Under the pieces are notes generated by a model, which saw only the letters and a program-made list of their open reading frames with translations, was not told the DNA's origin and did not search any database. From an uncultured delta proteobacterium (GTDB taxonomy: Bacteria; Myxococcota; Myxococcia; Myxococcales; Myxococcaceae): a stretch of DNA of 64,000 nt. Below, one piece after another: positions 32,210-42,318 of the stretch (position 1 is its first letter; each line of letters starts with the position of its first letter). The position numbers were made by a program, and so were the translations under genes. The DNA lies in contig CAWCKH010000002.1 in assembly GCA_963796055.1 (NCBI GenBank), forward strand, positions 1 through 64,000, written 5' to 3'.

Positions 32210-33310
32210 ATGCGGATCGGAATCAACACCGGTGGGGGCGACGCCCCGGGACTCAATGCCGTCATCCACGCCGTCGTGCTCTCGGCCCATCACCGCGGCT
32301 GGGAGGTCTACGGCATCCGGACCGGGTACGCGGGGCTGCTCGACACGAGCAAGACCTTTCGCCTGACCCCGGCACACGTGGAGTCCATCGTCGACCGGGG
32401 TGGCACCATCCTCGGCACCACCAACCGGGCCGACCCCTTCCGCTTCCCGGTGAAGGGCCCCTCGGGCGAGGTGACGTTCGCCGACCTCTCGGACGAGGTG
32501 GTGCGGAACTTCCGTGCCCTCCAGCTGGACGCGCTGGTGGCGGTGGGCGGAGACGGGAGCATGGGTCTCGCCGCCCGGTTCGCCGCCAAGGGAATGCCGG
32601 TGGTGGGCGTGCCCAAGACCATCGACAACGACCTCGCGGACACCAACTACAGCTTCGGGTTCGACACCGCGGTCTCCACCGCCACCGACGCGGTGGACAA
32701 GCTGCACTCCACCGCCAGCGCCCATCAGCGGGTCTTCGTGGTGGAGGTGATGGGCCGCTACGTGGGCTGGATCGCCCTGCACACCGGGATCACCGGCTCG
32801 GCCGACGTCATCCTCCTCCCGGAGGTGCCGTTCGACCTGGAGCACGTCTGCGCCAAGATCGACTCCAACGAGCGCCGCGGGAAGTTCTACGGCATCATCG
32901 TCGCCGCAGAGGGCGCCAGGCCCGTGGGTGGCCAGCTCACCACCCGCGCCCAGTCCACCCTGGGTCGGCAGGAACCGCTGCTCGGCGGCATCGCCGAGTG
33001 GGTCGCTCGCGAGGTGGGCCAGCGCACCGGAAAGGAGACCCGCACCCTGGTCCTGGGCCACCTGCAGCGCGGAGGCTCGCCCACCCCGTTCGACCGTCTG
33101 GTGGCGCTCCGCTACGGCGCCGCGGCGGTGCGCTTCCTCGCCGAGGGCAAACGCAACGTCCTGGTGGCTTACCAGCCGCCGGAGGGCATGGTGCCGGTCC
33201 CGCTGGAGGGCGCCGCATCCCGTCGGAAGACCGTCCCCTTGGACAGCGACACCATCCGGACCTGCCGCGAGCTCGGCATCTCGCTCGGTGACGCGCCCAC
33301 GGTGGGGTGA
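32210..33310 (+). CDS. pfkA: 6-phosphofructokinase (probably ATP-dependent)
   Basis: TGGGDAPGLNA, GGDGS, PKTIDND, EVMGR, LGHLQRGG. Confidence 0.95.
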   Translation: MRIGINTGGGDAPGLNAVIHAVVLSAHHRGWEVYGIRTGYAGLLDTSKTFRLTPAHVESIVDRGGTILGTTNRADPFRFPVKGPSGEVTFADLSDEVVRNFRALQLDALVAVGGDGSMGLAARFAAKGMPVVGVPKTIDNDLADTNYSFGFDTAVSTATDAVDKLHSTASAHQRVFVVEVMGRYVGWIALHTGITGSADVILLPEVPFDLEHVCAKIDSNERRGKFYGIIVAAEGARPVGGQLTTRAQSTLGRQEPLLGGIAEWVAREVGQRTGKETRTLVLGHLQRGGSPTPFDRLVALRYGAAAVRFLAEGKRNVLVAYQPPEGMVPVPLEGAASRRKTVPLDSDTIRTCRELGISLGDAPTVG

Positions 33311-33330
33311 GTGCTAGCGTGGGTCCGTTC

Positions 33331-33933
33331 ATGTACCCGGATCGTTTCCGGCTCCCTTTCCTCGCCGGCGTGCTGATCGCCGCCGCCGAGCGTCGGCGCC
33401 CTGGCCTCGGCCCCTGGTCCTTCCAGGTCGAGGAGCAGCTCCGCCACGCATTCGACTCCGAGCTGGAGGACGTGCGGCGGAGCTTCCTCGAGTCGTTCGA
33501 CGACCCCGGATGGTTCACCCGGGTGGAGGAGAAGATCGAGGAGATCGCCCTGCCCCGCTACCTGGTCGAGGCGAAGCGGCAGACCGACCTCGAGCAGCGC
33601 GGCTACGGGCTCTGGCGCGGGGGAGACCTCCTGTCCCGCATCGTCTGGGGGCTGGGCGGCTTCTTCCTCGGCGTCTTCCTGGTGAAGGCGCCCTTCATTC
33701 CCATCCCCACCACCTGGGACCTGCTCGCCTTCGCGCTGCTGCTGCTCTGCCCGTTCATTCCCGACGCGCAGATTGCCCTGCACAAGCGCCGGCATCGTCG
33801 GGCGCTGCGGGCCATCGTGGAGGATCTCCAGGACGCCGAGGCGAAGCTGGAGCTCTACCAACCGCTGTCCGCGCCGGAGCCCTCCCCCACCGCCCTGCCG
33901 GCGGGCCGGGAATCGCTCCGGCAGAAGGGCTGA
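33331..33933 (+). CDS. Hypothetical membrane protein
   Basis: Two hydrophobic helices; ends 2 nt before the SPFH gene. Confidence 0.65.
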   Translation: MYPDRFRLPFLAGVLIAAAERRRPGLGPWSFQVEEQLRHAFDSELEDVRRSFLESFDDPGWFTRVEEKIEEIALPRYLVEAKRQTDLEQRGYGLWRGGDLLSRIVWGLGGFFLGVFLVKAPFIPIPTTWDLLAFALLLLCPFIPDAQIALHKRRHRRALRAIVEDLQDAEAKLELYQPLSAPEPSPTALPAGRESLRQKG

Positions 33934-33935
33934 CC

Positions 33936-35030
33936 GTGCAGCCGATGCAGGTGCCTCCCGGCATGTCCCGCCGCCGCTTCGACCTCCGCGCCGTGGGCCG
34001 GCGGGTCTTCGGCCAGCGCCCGGGGCGCAGGCTGTATCTGGTGGTGGCCGCCGCGGTGTTCGTCCTGATCGTCTGGGGTGTATGCACGGTCTACGTCCAC
34101 CCGAACGAGTTCGCGGTGAAGCAGGTCACCGTCGGCCGCCACAAGGGCATCCTCCCCGAGGTCTACTACCCGGGGCTCCACTTCGTGAGCCCGGGCACCG
34201 AACGGCTCCACGTCTTCCCCACCGACCTCCAGTCGCTCGACCTGACCAGCGATCCCAACGAGCGCCCCAAGGACGACAAGCGGGTCACCCCGGCGATCAA
34301 CATCCAGACCTCGGAGGGGTACACGGTCGCCGTCGACGTCTCGGTACTCTACCGGATCGAGGATCCGTACAAGGTTCTGACTACCATCGGTCCCGGGAAG
34401 CTGTACGAGGACGCGCTGGTCATTCCTCGGACCGAGCAGATCCTCCGCAAGCGGCTCGGCCAGCTCGACGCCGAGGAGTTCTACGACGTGCACAAGCGGC
34501 AGGTGCGGGGCCAGGGCGCACGCGAGGAGCTCAATGCCGAGCTGGTCCCCAACGGCATCCGGGTGACCCACATCTTCATGCGCCGGTACGAGTACGACGC
34601 CCGGTACCAGCAGGCCATCGAGCAGCGGAAGATCCAGGACCAGACCGTCTTCAAGAACATCGCCGAGGCAGAGCTGGCCACGGCAACCGCCGAGCGCGAC
34701 CGGGTGGTGGCGCTGGGTCAGGCGGCGATCCGGGTGGAGCTCGCCCGGGGCGAGGCGGAGAAGAAGAAGCTCGAGGCCGAGGCCGACCTCTACTCGCGGC
34801 GGCAGCGGGCGGCCGGTGAGCTGGCAGTGTCTCTCGCCGAGGCCGAGGGCACCCGGCTGGAGAACGAGGCCCTGCGCGGCGTCGGCGCCGAGAACCTGGT
34901 GGGCCTGAAGATGGCGGAGGTGCTGCGAGGGACGAAGATCATCGTCGTCCCGACCGACGGCGAGTCCGGCGTCAATCCGCTCGACCTGCGCTCTGCCCTG
35001 AAGCGCTTCGACGTGAAGGGTGGCCCATGA
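33936..35030 (+). CDS. SPFH/band-7 domain protein
   Basis: TM helix, PGLHF, TSEGYTVAVDVSVLYRI, Ala/Glu coiled coil. Confidence 0.85.
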   Translation: MQPMQVPPGMSRRRFDLRAVGRRVFGQRPGRRLYLVVAAAVFVLIVWGVCTVYVHPNEFAVKQVTVGRHKGILPEVYYPGLHFVSPGTERLHVFPTDLQSLDLTSDPNERPKDDKRVTPAINIQTSEGYTVAVDVSVLYRIEDPYKVLTTIGPGKLYEDALVIPRTEQILRKRLGQLDAEEFYDVHKRQVRGQGAREELNAELVPNGIRVTHIFMRRYEYDARYQQAIEQRKIQDQTVFKNIAEAELATATAERDRVVALGQAAIRVELARGEAEKKKLEAEADLYSRRQRAAGELAVSLAEAEGTRLENEALRGVGAENLVGLKMAEVLRGTKIIVVPTDGESGVNPLDLRSALKRFDVKGGP

Positions 35031-36091
35031 GACGGCTGCTCTGGCCCCTGCTGCTGGCGATGCCGCTGGCGGGCTGCACCTGCCACTCCACCCACAGCAC
35101 CGAGGTGGGCGTCCTCACCCGCCGTGCCACTCTGGGCGGAATCCTGGGGAAAGCCGGCATCCAGACCGAGGTCTACGCTCCGGGCGCGACCTACCTCTTT
35201 CCGATCTTCTTCACCGATTGGCACACCTTCGACGTCTCGCTCCAGAACCTGAGCATGGTGCGCGACGTGAAGAAGGGAGACCGGAGCGCCGAGGACGACC
35301 TCTTCTTCAAGACCATCGACGGAAACGACATCCGGGTCGACGTGACGGTGGCCTGGGCGGTCGACCCGAGGCGCGCGCCGTACCTCCTGAACAAGGTCGG
35401 CGAGAGCACCCAGCAGGTGAAGGAGAAGCTGGTCCGCCCGGCGTGCCGGAGCGTCGTCCGCGACGTGCTCAACTCGCTCCGCTCCGAGGAGTTCTACGTC
35501 TCCGAGAAGCGTTTCGCCAAGGCGGCCGAGGCCCGCGACCGGCTGGCGGCGGTGCTCGAGCCGGAGGGCATCCTGGTACGGCAGGTCATCCTGGGCGAGC
35601 ACCACTTCAATCCGGAGTACGAGAAGGTCATCCGGGACAAGAAGCTGGCGGAGCAGAACAGTGAGCGGATGCGCAGCGAGGCCCGGGCCGCCGCCGAGCA
35701 GGTGAAGAGCGAGCTCCAGAAGGCCAAGGGCAGCGTGAACCAGACGCTGGCCGCGGCGCAGGGCGCCCTGGACACCGCGAAGCTCGGTGCCGACGCCCAG
35801 CTCTTCCAGAACCAGAAGCAGGCCGAGGCGTTGGTCGCGGAGAAGAAGGCGCACGCCCAGGGCGTCCGGAAGCAGAACGAGGCGCTCGCCGGAAGCGGCG
35901 GGACGGCGCTGGTGAAGCTGAAGATCGCCGAGGCCCTCGCCGGGAAGGACCTGGTCTTCATCCCCGGCGGCAAGACAGGGGTGGGGGTCCAGACCTTGAA
36001 CATGAACCAGCTGCTCCAGGCGATCACCGCCCAGCAGGCGGTGCAGGCCGCGCAGCCCGCAGATCAGAAGACGGCCGAGCCCGCGCGCTGA
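35027..36091 (+). CDS. SPFH/band-7 domain protein (lipobox-bearing)
   Basis: LAGC, KTIDGNDIRVDVTV, coiled-coil C-terminus; ATGA overlap. Confidence 0.85.
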   Translation: MRRLLWPLLLAMPLAGCTCHSTHSTEVGVLTRRATLGGILGKAGIQTEVYAPGATYLFPIFFTDWHTFDVSLQNLSMVRDVKKGDRSAEDDLFFKTIDGNDIRVDVTVAWAVDPRRAPYLLNKVGESTQQVKEKLVRPACRSVVRDVLNSLRSEEFYVSEKRFAKAAEARDRLAAVLEPEGILVRQVILGEHHFNPEYEKVIRDKKLAEQNSERMRSEARAAAEQVKSELQKAKGSVNQTLAAAQGALDTAKLGADAQLFQNQKQAEALVAEKKAHAQGVRKQNEALAGSGGTALVKLKIAEALAGKDLVFIPGGKTGVGVQTLNMNQLLQAITAQQAVQAAQPADQKTAEPAR

Positions 36092-36247
36092 CGAGGGACG
36101 CTGGCGACGATCGCCCAGCTCCGGATCTGGGCCCGAGCGGACCCGGGGCTCCGCCGGATGCGCGACCTTGCCGTCCGCTGGAGGAAGCGACGGACCTGAG
36201 GAGCACGGGCGAGGAGGACGCGGGGCGTGAGGGTATAGTGCGCCGCC

Positions 36248-37438
36248 ATGCAGACGCCCCGCCGTTTGCACATCGCCTACGCCATCGACACGTTCGACGG
36301 CGTGAAGACCGGCGGCGTCATCTCCGCGCAGCGCTTCGTCTCCGCGCTCCGGGAGCGCCACGAGGTGACGGTCATCGCCGGCGGGCCGAGCGGTGAGGGG
36401 CGGGTCGGGCTGCGTCGCTTCACCATCCCGCCCTTCGGCCGGGTGATGCGAGAGATGGGCTTCATCTTCGCCTGGCCCTCGCGCCGCGTGCTCGAGCCGG
36501 TGCTGCGCCGCGCCGACGTGCTCCACGTCCAGTTCCCCTTCTGGCTCGGCATCCGCGCCACCACCCTGGCGCGCCGGCTGGGCACGCCGGTGGTGGCGGC
36601 CTCGCACCTCCTCCCGGAGAACATGCTCCACAACATCGGCGTCCACTCCCAGTGGTGGGTGGACCGGACCTGGCGGTTCTTCATCTCCGCGCTGTACGGC
36701 CGCGCCGATCACGTCGTGTCCCCCACCGCGTTCGGCCTGGAGCAGCTGCGGCGCCACGGCCTCACCGTCCCGGTGGACGTCATCTCCAACGGCATCCCGC
36801 CACAGTTCCGTCCCGGGCCGGCCGAGCGCGAGGCACGCCACCGCGGCCGGTTCCTGGTGCTGTCGGTCTCGCGACTGGCGAACGAGAAGCGGATCGAGGT
36901 GATCATCGAGGCGGTGCGCCGCTCGCGCCACGCCGCCCGCATTCAGCTGCTGCTGTGCGGGCACGGGCCGGAGGAGGACCGGTTGCGGCGCCTCTCGGCC
37001 ACGCTGCCCTTGCCCGCGGAGATCCGGGTCGTCGAGGCGGAGGACATGCCGGCCCTGATGCGCTCCGCGGATTTCCTGGTCCATGCCGCCGAGGTCGAGC
37101 TCGAGGGGATGGCGCTGCTCGAGGCGCTCGGCACCGGCCTCCCGGCGCTGATCGCCGACGCGCCGCTGAGCGCCGCGAGCCGGTTCGCAGTCGGCGACGA
37201 GTTCCGTTTCCCAGCCGGCGACGTCGACGAGCTGGCCCGGAGAATCGACTTCCTGATCGACCACCCGGACCGGCTGGCCGCGGCACGCCAGGCGAGCCTG
37301 GCCGTCGCCCGAGGGCTGACGCTCGAGGCCTCCGTCGCCAAGCTGGAGGCCGTCTACGACCAGGTCGCCCGTCCCGTCCCTGCTAGCGACGCGGACGCTC
37401 GCCCCGCACCAGCCACAGCGAGCCCGGCAGCGCCGTGA
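36248..37438 (+). CDS. Family 4 glycosyltransferase
   Basis: VISNGI, SVSRLANEK, ELEGMALLEALGTGLP. Confidence 0.9.
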   Translation: MQTPRRLHIAYAIDTFDGVKTGGVISAQRFVSALRERHEVTVIAGGPSGEGRVGLRRFTIPPFGRVMREMGFIFAWPSRRVLEPVLRRADVLHVQFPFWLGIRATTLARRLGTPVVAASHLLPENMLHNIGVHSQWWVDRTWRFFISALYGRADHVVSPTAFGLEQLRRHGLTVPVDVISNGIPPQFRPGPAEREARHRGRFLVLSVSRLANEKRIEVIIEAVRRSRHAARIQLLLCGHGPEEDRLRRLSATLPLPAEIRVVEAEDMPALMRSADFLVHAAEVELEGMALLEALGTGLPALIADAPLSAASRFAVGDEFRFPAGDVDELARRIDFLIDHPDRLAAARQASLAVARGLTLEASVAKLEAVYDQVARPVPASDADARPAPATASPAAP

Positions 37439-39659
37439 AGTCGGCGACCATCGCCAGCAGGAACGCGGCGGAGGTGACCAGGCCGAACTGGCGTAGCGGC
37501 GGGAAGCTGGAGAAGGCCAGGCCCAGGAAACCGGCGGCGTTGATCAGGGTGGCGAAGAGGATGGCCCGCCCGGAGACCCGCAGCGCGTGGCGCATCGCCC
37601 CGTCGAGCCCACCTGCGCCCTCCCCCTCGTGGAGGTGGTGGAAGAAATGGATCTGGTCGTTTTCGGTCGTGCCGAGCACGGTGGTGGCGATGAGGATGGT
37701 GGCCACGTTGAGCGAGCCTCCCAGCAGCCGCATCCCCAGGAAGGTGACCAGGATGGCGAAGACCGAAGGGATCATCGCCATCAGCCGTGCCGAGGCGCTG
37801 CGGAAGACCACCAGGAAGGCGGCGAAGATCAGCGCCGCGGTGAGGCTGAAGCTCTCGGTCAGGGTCGGCACCAGGCTGGCGCCCACCTTGGCCTGAAGGA
37901 TCGACTCGCCCACCACCTGCATGCTGGCGCCGTGGAAGGCGGGATCGCCGCCCACCGCCTCGTCCCAGACCCGGCGAAGCTCGCGCGCCAGGGCCTGGTA
38001 GTCGGCCTCCGTGCCGCGGGCGAGCAGCACCGTGAGCTGGACGTTGGAGAGCGTCCCCACGTCGATGAAGCCGCGCAGCTCGGGCTGGCTGAGCAGGAGC
38101 TGCTCCACGTCTCCGGCCAGCCGGGCGAAGGTGGCCGGGTCCTGCGGGAGCGCTTCTCCCTGGCCCGCCAGGGCGCGTCGCATGCGCAGGAAGGTGGTCG
38201 GCCCCACCACCGAGGACACGGCGGGCAGCGCCTCCACCGCGGTGGTGAGACGGTCCAGCCCGCGGAGGACCTCCGGGTCGACCGCGGCGCCGGGAGCCGT
38301 CTTGATCCACACCCGGACGGCGTTCAGCCCGGAGACGTGCTCGCGGAAGAAGACCATGTCGCGATGGATGGGCAGGCTCGGGTCGACGTAGTCGAGCGAA
38401 TCGACGCCCAGCCTCATCGGCGGCAGCCGCCCGGGAATTCCGAACAGCGCCACCAGGCCTGCTGCGGAGAGGGTCAAGGAGGCGACCAGAAGCGGCCACC
38501 GCCAGCGAAAGGTGAAGCCGGGGATCGCCTCCGCCACCCGGTCGTAGAGCGCGGAGCGGATGGGGACCGTGCGGCCGGTCGGTGTGCGCAGCAGCTTCTG
38601 CAGCGCCGGGAACAGCGTGAATGCCACCACCCAGGCGATGGCGAGGCCGGCCGCCGTCCAGAGCCCCATCTCGCGGATGGGGCGAATGCGCGACACCACC
38701 AGCGCGGCGAAGCCCAGCACCGCGGCCACGCTGGAGGCCGTCACCGGCAGGAACTTGTTGGCCAGGGCGTGGAGCTGGTGCACGTCGACCGGCACGCCTT
38801 CCGGCTGGTCCACGAAGCGGGAGTGCAGGTAGACCAGCGATGCCAGCGCGGTGACCATGACCGTGAGCGGCACCACCGCCGAGACCACGGTGAAGGAGAA
38901 GCCGAGTAGCTGGCCCGCCCCCATCGCCAGCGCCACCGCGGTGCCGAGCGCCAGGAGGATCGCCAGCAACGAGCGGACGGAGCGGTAGAGGAACAGCGCC
39001 AGGCCCACCACCAGCAGCCCAAAGACCGGGAACCAGCGGACCGAGGCCTGCCCCGACTCGCGTTCGATCCAGGACTCCACGTAGGGCGCGCCCACCTTGC
39101 GAACGTGGGTCACCGCCTTGAAGGGCGTCGTGGCCACCGCCCGGTCGATCGCCGCGAGCCACCCGTCACGTGCCCTGGCACCCTTCGACGGAAAGCCCAC
39201 GACCAGGCCGAGGAACCGGTCGCCCACCAGCCCCTGCTTGCGCAGGAGCCCGGTGCCCGTGGCGAAGCGGCGCAGCGCCTCTGCGCCCTCGGGCGTCGGC
39301 GCGAAGCCAGGATGGGCGCGCCGCCAGGTGTCCAGGGCGGACACCACCGTCACCTCTGGAACCTTTCCCAGCGACGCCGCCAGCGCGTCGGCGTCGGCCA
39401 GCGCCGCCGGCTGGAAGGGATCGCTCGACTCGAGGAGCAGCAGCACGAACTGCCCCTCGGGGAATACCCTCTGGAAGTCGCGGGTGGCCAGCCAGTCGGG
39501 GTCGTCGCGCATGACCAGCCCGGAGATGGCTCCCTCCGAGGGGATGCGCATCGCCAGGACGGCCGCGGCCGGGACGAGCAGCGCGAACAGGAGCACGATC
39601 GGGACCCGCAGTGCCACGATGCGGGCGAAGATGCGCTCGAGGCGGGAGCTGGAAGTCAC
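37383..39659 (-). CDS. MMPL/RND-family transporter (BstA-like)
   Basis: Two TM bundles separated by periplasmic loops; GRAILFATLINAAGF, LRQFG; GTG start estimated. Confidence 0.85.
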   Translation of the reverse strand: MTSSSRLERIFARIVALRVPIVLLFALLVPAAAVLAMRIPSEGAISGLVMRDDPDWLATRDFQRVFPEGQFVLLLLESSDPFQPAALADADALAASLGKVPEVTVVSALDTWRRAHPGFAPTPEGAEALRRFATGTGLLRKQGLVGDRFLGLVVGFPSKGARARDGWLAAIDRAVATTPFKAVTHVRKVGAPYVESWIERESGQASVRWFPVFGLLVVGLALFLYRSVRSLLAILLALGTAVALAMGAGQLLGFSFTVVSAVVPLTVMVTALASLVYLHSRFVDQPEGVPVDVHQLHALANKFLPVTASSVAAVLGFAALVVSRIRPIREMGLWTAAGLAIAWVVAFTLFPALQKLLRTPTGRTVPIRSALYDRVAEAIPGFTFRWRWPLLVASLTLSAAGLVALFGIPGRLPPMRLGVDSLDYVDPSLPIHRDMVFFREHVSGLNAVRVWIKTAPGAAVDPEVLRGLDRLTTAVEALPAVSSVVGPTTFLRMRRALAGQGEALPQDPATFARLAGDVEQLLLSQPELRGFIDVGTLSNVQLTVLLARGTEADYQALARELRRVWDEAVGGDPAFHGASMQVVGESILQAKVGASLVPTLTESFSLTAALIFAAFLVVFRSASARLMAMIPSVFAILVTFLGMRLLGGSLNVATILIATTVLGTTENDQIHFFHHLHEGEGAGGLDGAMRHALRVSGRAILFATLINAAGFLGLAFSSFPPLRQFGLVTSAAFLLAMVADFTALPGSLWLVRGERPRR

Positions 39660-39695
39660 GCCGGTCTCACCGTAGCACCGGGGTAGAGTCGTTCC

Positions 39696-40514
39696 ATGCG
39701 CACTGCGATCGTCGCCCTGGCCACTGCCCTCTCGGCCGCCCCGGTGCACGCAGCCGCCGACCCGCCCCTCACCTTGGTCGCCTGCGCCCCCGGCTATCCA
39801 GGCACCACCGAGGAGGCACAGTCCTCGATGGACGCCTTCGCGGCCGCGGTGACGAGAGGCGCCGGCGCGGCCCCCGGGCCGGTGGTGGCGGTCTACGTGC
39901 CCACCGAGAAGGAAGGGCTCACCCGCATCCGCGACGCGGCCGTGGCGCTGGTGCCGCTTCCCTTCTTCGTGCAGCACGGCGCCGCGCTCGGGCTGACGCC
40001 ACGCCTGGTGGTGGAGCAGAAGGGGCTCGGACCGACCGAGCGGTGGACGCTGGTGGCGAAGAAGGGACGCGTCGCCAGGGCCGCGGACCTGGACGGCATG
40101 ACGGTGTTCTCCATCGCCGGCTACGCGCCGGGGTTCGTGCGCCGTGTGCTCGGGGCGGCGTGGCACCTGCCCGAGTCCACCAAGGTGACGGAGTCGGCGC
40201 AGGTGCTCTCCGCGCTGCGCCGGGTCGTCAAGGGTGAGGACGTGGCGGTGCTCCTCGACGGTGCCCAGGGAAATGCGTTGCCGACGCTTCCCTTCGCCGC
40301 CGAGCTGGACGTGCTGGCCCGCTCGGAGCCACTGCCGGCGGCACTGGTCACGACGGTGGGCAAGCGGCCGGGGTCCGCGCGCTGGGCGACGCTGGAGAAG
40401 GCGCTCCTGTCGCTCCCGGCGGATCCCGCCGGCGCCAGCGCGCTCGACGGCATCCGGATGGTCCGCTTCACGCCCGTCGACCCGGCGGTGCTCGCGGCGG
40501 TGCGCAAGCTGTGA
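39696..40514 (+). CDS. Periplasmic substrate-binding protein, PhnD-like fold (BstB-like)
   Basis: Signal peptide, CAPGYPG, DVAVLLDG, ARSEPLP; divergent from the MMPL gene. Confidence 0.65.
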   Translation: MRTAIVALATALSAAPVHAAADPPLTLVACAPGYPGTTEEAQSSMDAFAAAVTRGAGAAPGPVVAVYVPTEKEGLTRIRDAAVALVPLPFFVQHGAALGLTPRLVVEQKGLGPTERWTLVAKKGRVARAADLDGMTVFSIAGYAPGFVRRVLGAAWHLPESTKVTESAQVLSALRRVVKGEDVAVLLDGAQGNALPTLPFAAELDVLARSEPLPAALVTTVGKRPGSARWATLEKALLSLPADPAGASALDGIRMVRFTPVDPAVLAAVRKL

Positions 40515-41182
40515 AGCCCAGACCTCTCATCCTGTTGCTCGGCCTCGCTGCCTGCGCCGCGCCGCTGCGCACGCTGCCACCCCCCGCCGAGGGGGCCGCC
40601 CAGGAGGACCCCGCCGCGCTGGCCGCCCAGTCGCGCGAGGCGACGCGCCAGAGCGGGCACGAGAGCTCGGCGGACGCCCGGCACGCCCTGGTGGAGAAGG
40701 CCCTCGAGGCGGGGCAGCGCTGCGTGCAGGTGGCGCCGGCCTCGGCGGAATGCAACTACGCTCTTGCCTTGGCCCTGGGGATCCAGGCCCGCGAGCGCCC
40801 CTCCACCGCCACTCAAGGGCTGAAGGCCATGGTCGAGCTGCTCCAGAAGGCCAACCGCCTCGACCCGAAGCTCGACCATGGCGGCCCGGCCCGCGTCCTG
40901 GCGCTGGTGCTGGTTCGCGCGCCCACCTGGCCGCTCGGTCCGGGCGATCCGGAGGCGGGGCTCACCGCTGCGCGGCAGGCGGTGGAGCTCTTCCCCGACT
41001 ACCCCGCCAATCCGCTGGCCCTCTCCGAGGCGCTCCTGGCCACCGACGATCAGGCCGGCTCGGAGGCGGCGGCCGCCCGGGGACTCGCGCTGGCGCGCGC
41101 CGCGGCGGCGAGGGGCGAGCGCGACGCCGAGGACTGGATCCGCGACGGCGAGGCGCTGATCGCGGGGCAGTCCCCCCGTTGA
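40511..41182 (+). CDS. TPR-like lipoprotein (BstC / TRAP T-component-like)
   Basis: LAAC lipobox, helical repeats, DHGGPARVLALVLVRAPTWPLGPGD, AVELFPDYPAN. Confidence 0.65.
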   Translation: MKPRPLILLLGLAACAAPLRTLPPPAEGAAQEDPAALAAQSREATRQSGHESSADARHALVEKALEAGQRCVQVAPASAECNYALALALGIQARERPSTATQGLKAMVELLQKANRLDPKLDHGGPARVLALVLVRAPTWPLGPGDPEAGLTAARQAVELFPDYPANPLALSEALLATDDQAGSEAAAARGLALARAAAARGERDAEDWIRDGEALIAGQSPR

Positions 41183-41307
41183 AGGACATCAGAACCCTGC
41201 CGAGGGCCATGTCCAACATTCGAGAACTCCTCGGCTTTTCACCCGCCCCGCAACGGTGCTCGATTCCGGTGTCCTTGTGTAGAGGCCGTCCTCGAAGGAG
41301 TTCACCC

Positions 41308-41487
41308 ATGAAGCTGAAGAGACTGTTCCAGGTCTTGGTGCTCGGCGGGACGAGCCTCCTCGCCGCCTCCGCGTGCGGGAGCGACAGCAGCAGCAACAAC
41401 AACGGCAACACCGTCCCTCCGCCTCATTCGCTCCTCCCGGACGGCGGCACGCCTCCGACCGGCTACACCGGTCCCACGATTTGGTAG
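41308..41487 (+). CDS. 59-aa lipopeptide, possible precursor peptide
   Basis: AAGGAG RBS; MKLKRLFQVLVLGGTSLLAASAC signal with lipobox; Ser/Asn/Pro linker; ends GYTGPTIW. Confidence 0.75.
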   Translation: MKLKRLFQVLVLGGTSLLAASACGSDSSSNNNGNTVPPPHSLLPDGGTPPTGYTGPTIW

Positions 41488-42203
41488 AGGCGACGGAGGC
41501 GCTCATCGCCCAGGTCTGGGCGACGCGCCATGGAGTCGAGACGGGGGCCTCTCTCCGGTTCGCAGCGCTCTCGCAAGGGTTGCGCGCGGCCGGTGCGCCC
41601 GACACGCTCGTGGAGCTGGCGGCCCGCGCGGCGACAGACGAGATCCGCCATGCCGCACACTGCGCTGACATCCTCCGCGCCAGGCACGCGGAGGTCCCGC
41701 CGCCCGAGACGCGGCTGCTGTTCTTCGGCCCCCGGGACCTCACCCCTGAGCAGAAGCTGACCTACGAGGTGGTGGCCCAGTGCTGCATCTCGGAAACCGA
41801 GAGCATGGCTACCCTGGTGACGCTCCTCGACGCCGCCGAGGACGCGCATCTGCGCGCTGTGCTCCAGGAGCTCGCACGGGACGAGGTCCAGCATGCGCGG
41901 CTGGGATGGGCGTACCTCGGCTGGGCGAGGCCCCGCTTCGACCTGGCGTTTCTCTCCGGATATCTCCCCGCGATGGCCACCGCCTCCACCGGGCCGGAGC
42001 TGTTCGGCTCCGCGCCCCCGGAGGTCGACGATGCGGCGCTGCTCCGCTCGGGTGTCGTGCCGCTCCGCGACCGCCGGCGCATCTATCTGGAGACGCTCCG
42101 GTCGGTGGTGATCCCCGGGTTCGAGGAGTTCGGGGTTGACACCGGGCCCCTTCGTCGCTGGACTGAAGAGCGAGAAGCGGCGCTCACCGCGCTGGAACAC
42201 TGA
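41481..42203 (+). CDS. Ferritin-like (diiron) domain protein
   Basis: E...DEIRHA and CCISET...DEVQHA paired ExxH motifs; TTG start overlaps the peptide stop. Confidence 0.8.
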   Translation: MVEATEALIAQVWATRHGVETGASLRFAALSQGLRAAGAPDTLVELAARAATDEIRHAAHCADILRARHAEVPPPETRLLFFGPRDLTPEQKLTYEVVAQCCISETESMATLVTLLDAAEDAHLRAVLQELARDEVQHARLGWAYLGWARPRFDLAFLSGYLPAMATASTGPELFGSAPPEVDDAALLRSGVVPLRDRRRIYLETLRSVVIPGFEEFGVDTGPLRRWTEEREAALTALEH

Positions 42204-42318
42204 CCGCCGTCCCGTTGTGGACGCCCGCGACTGCACATCCGATGACGCTGCGCATCCGCGTCCACCGGTTCGACATCGGACAGGTGGGGTAAGCCTCCGG
42301 CGCTTGCACGGAGCTCCT

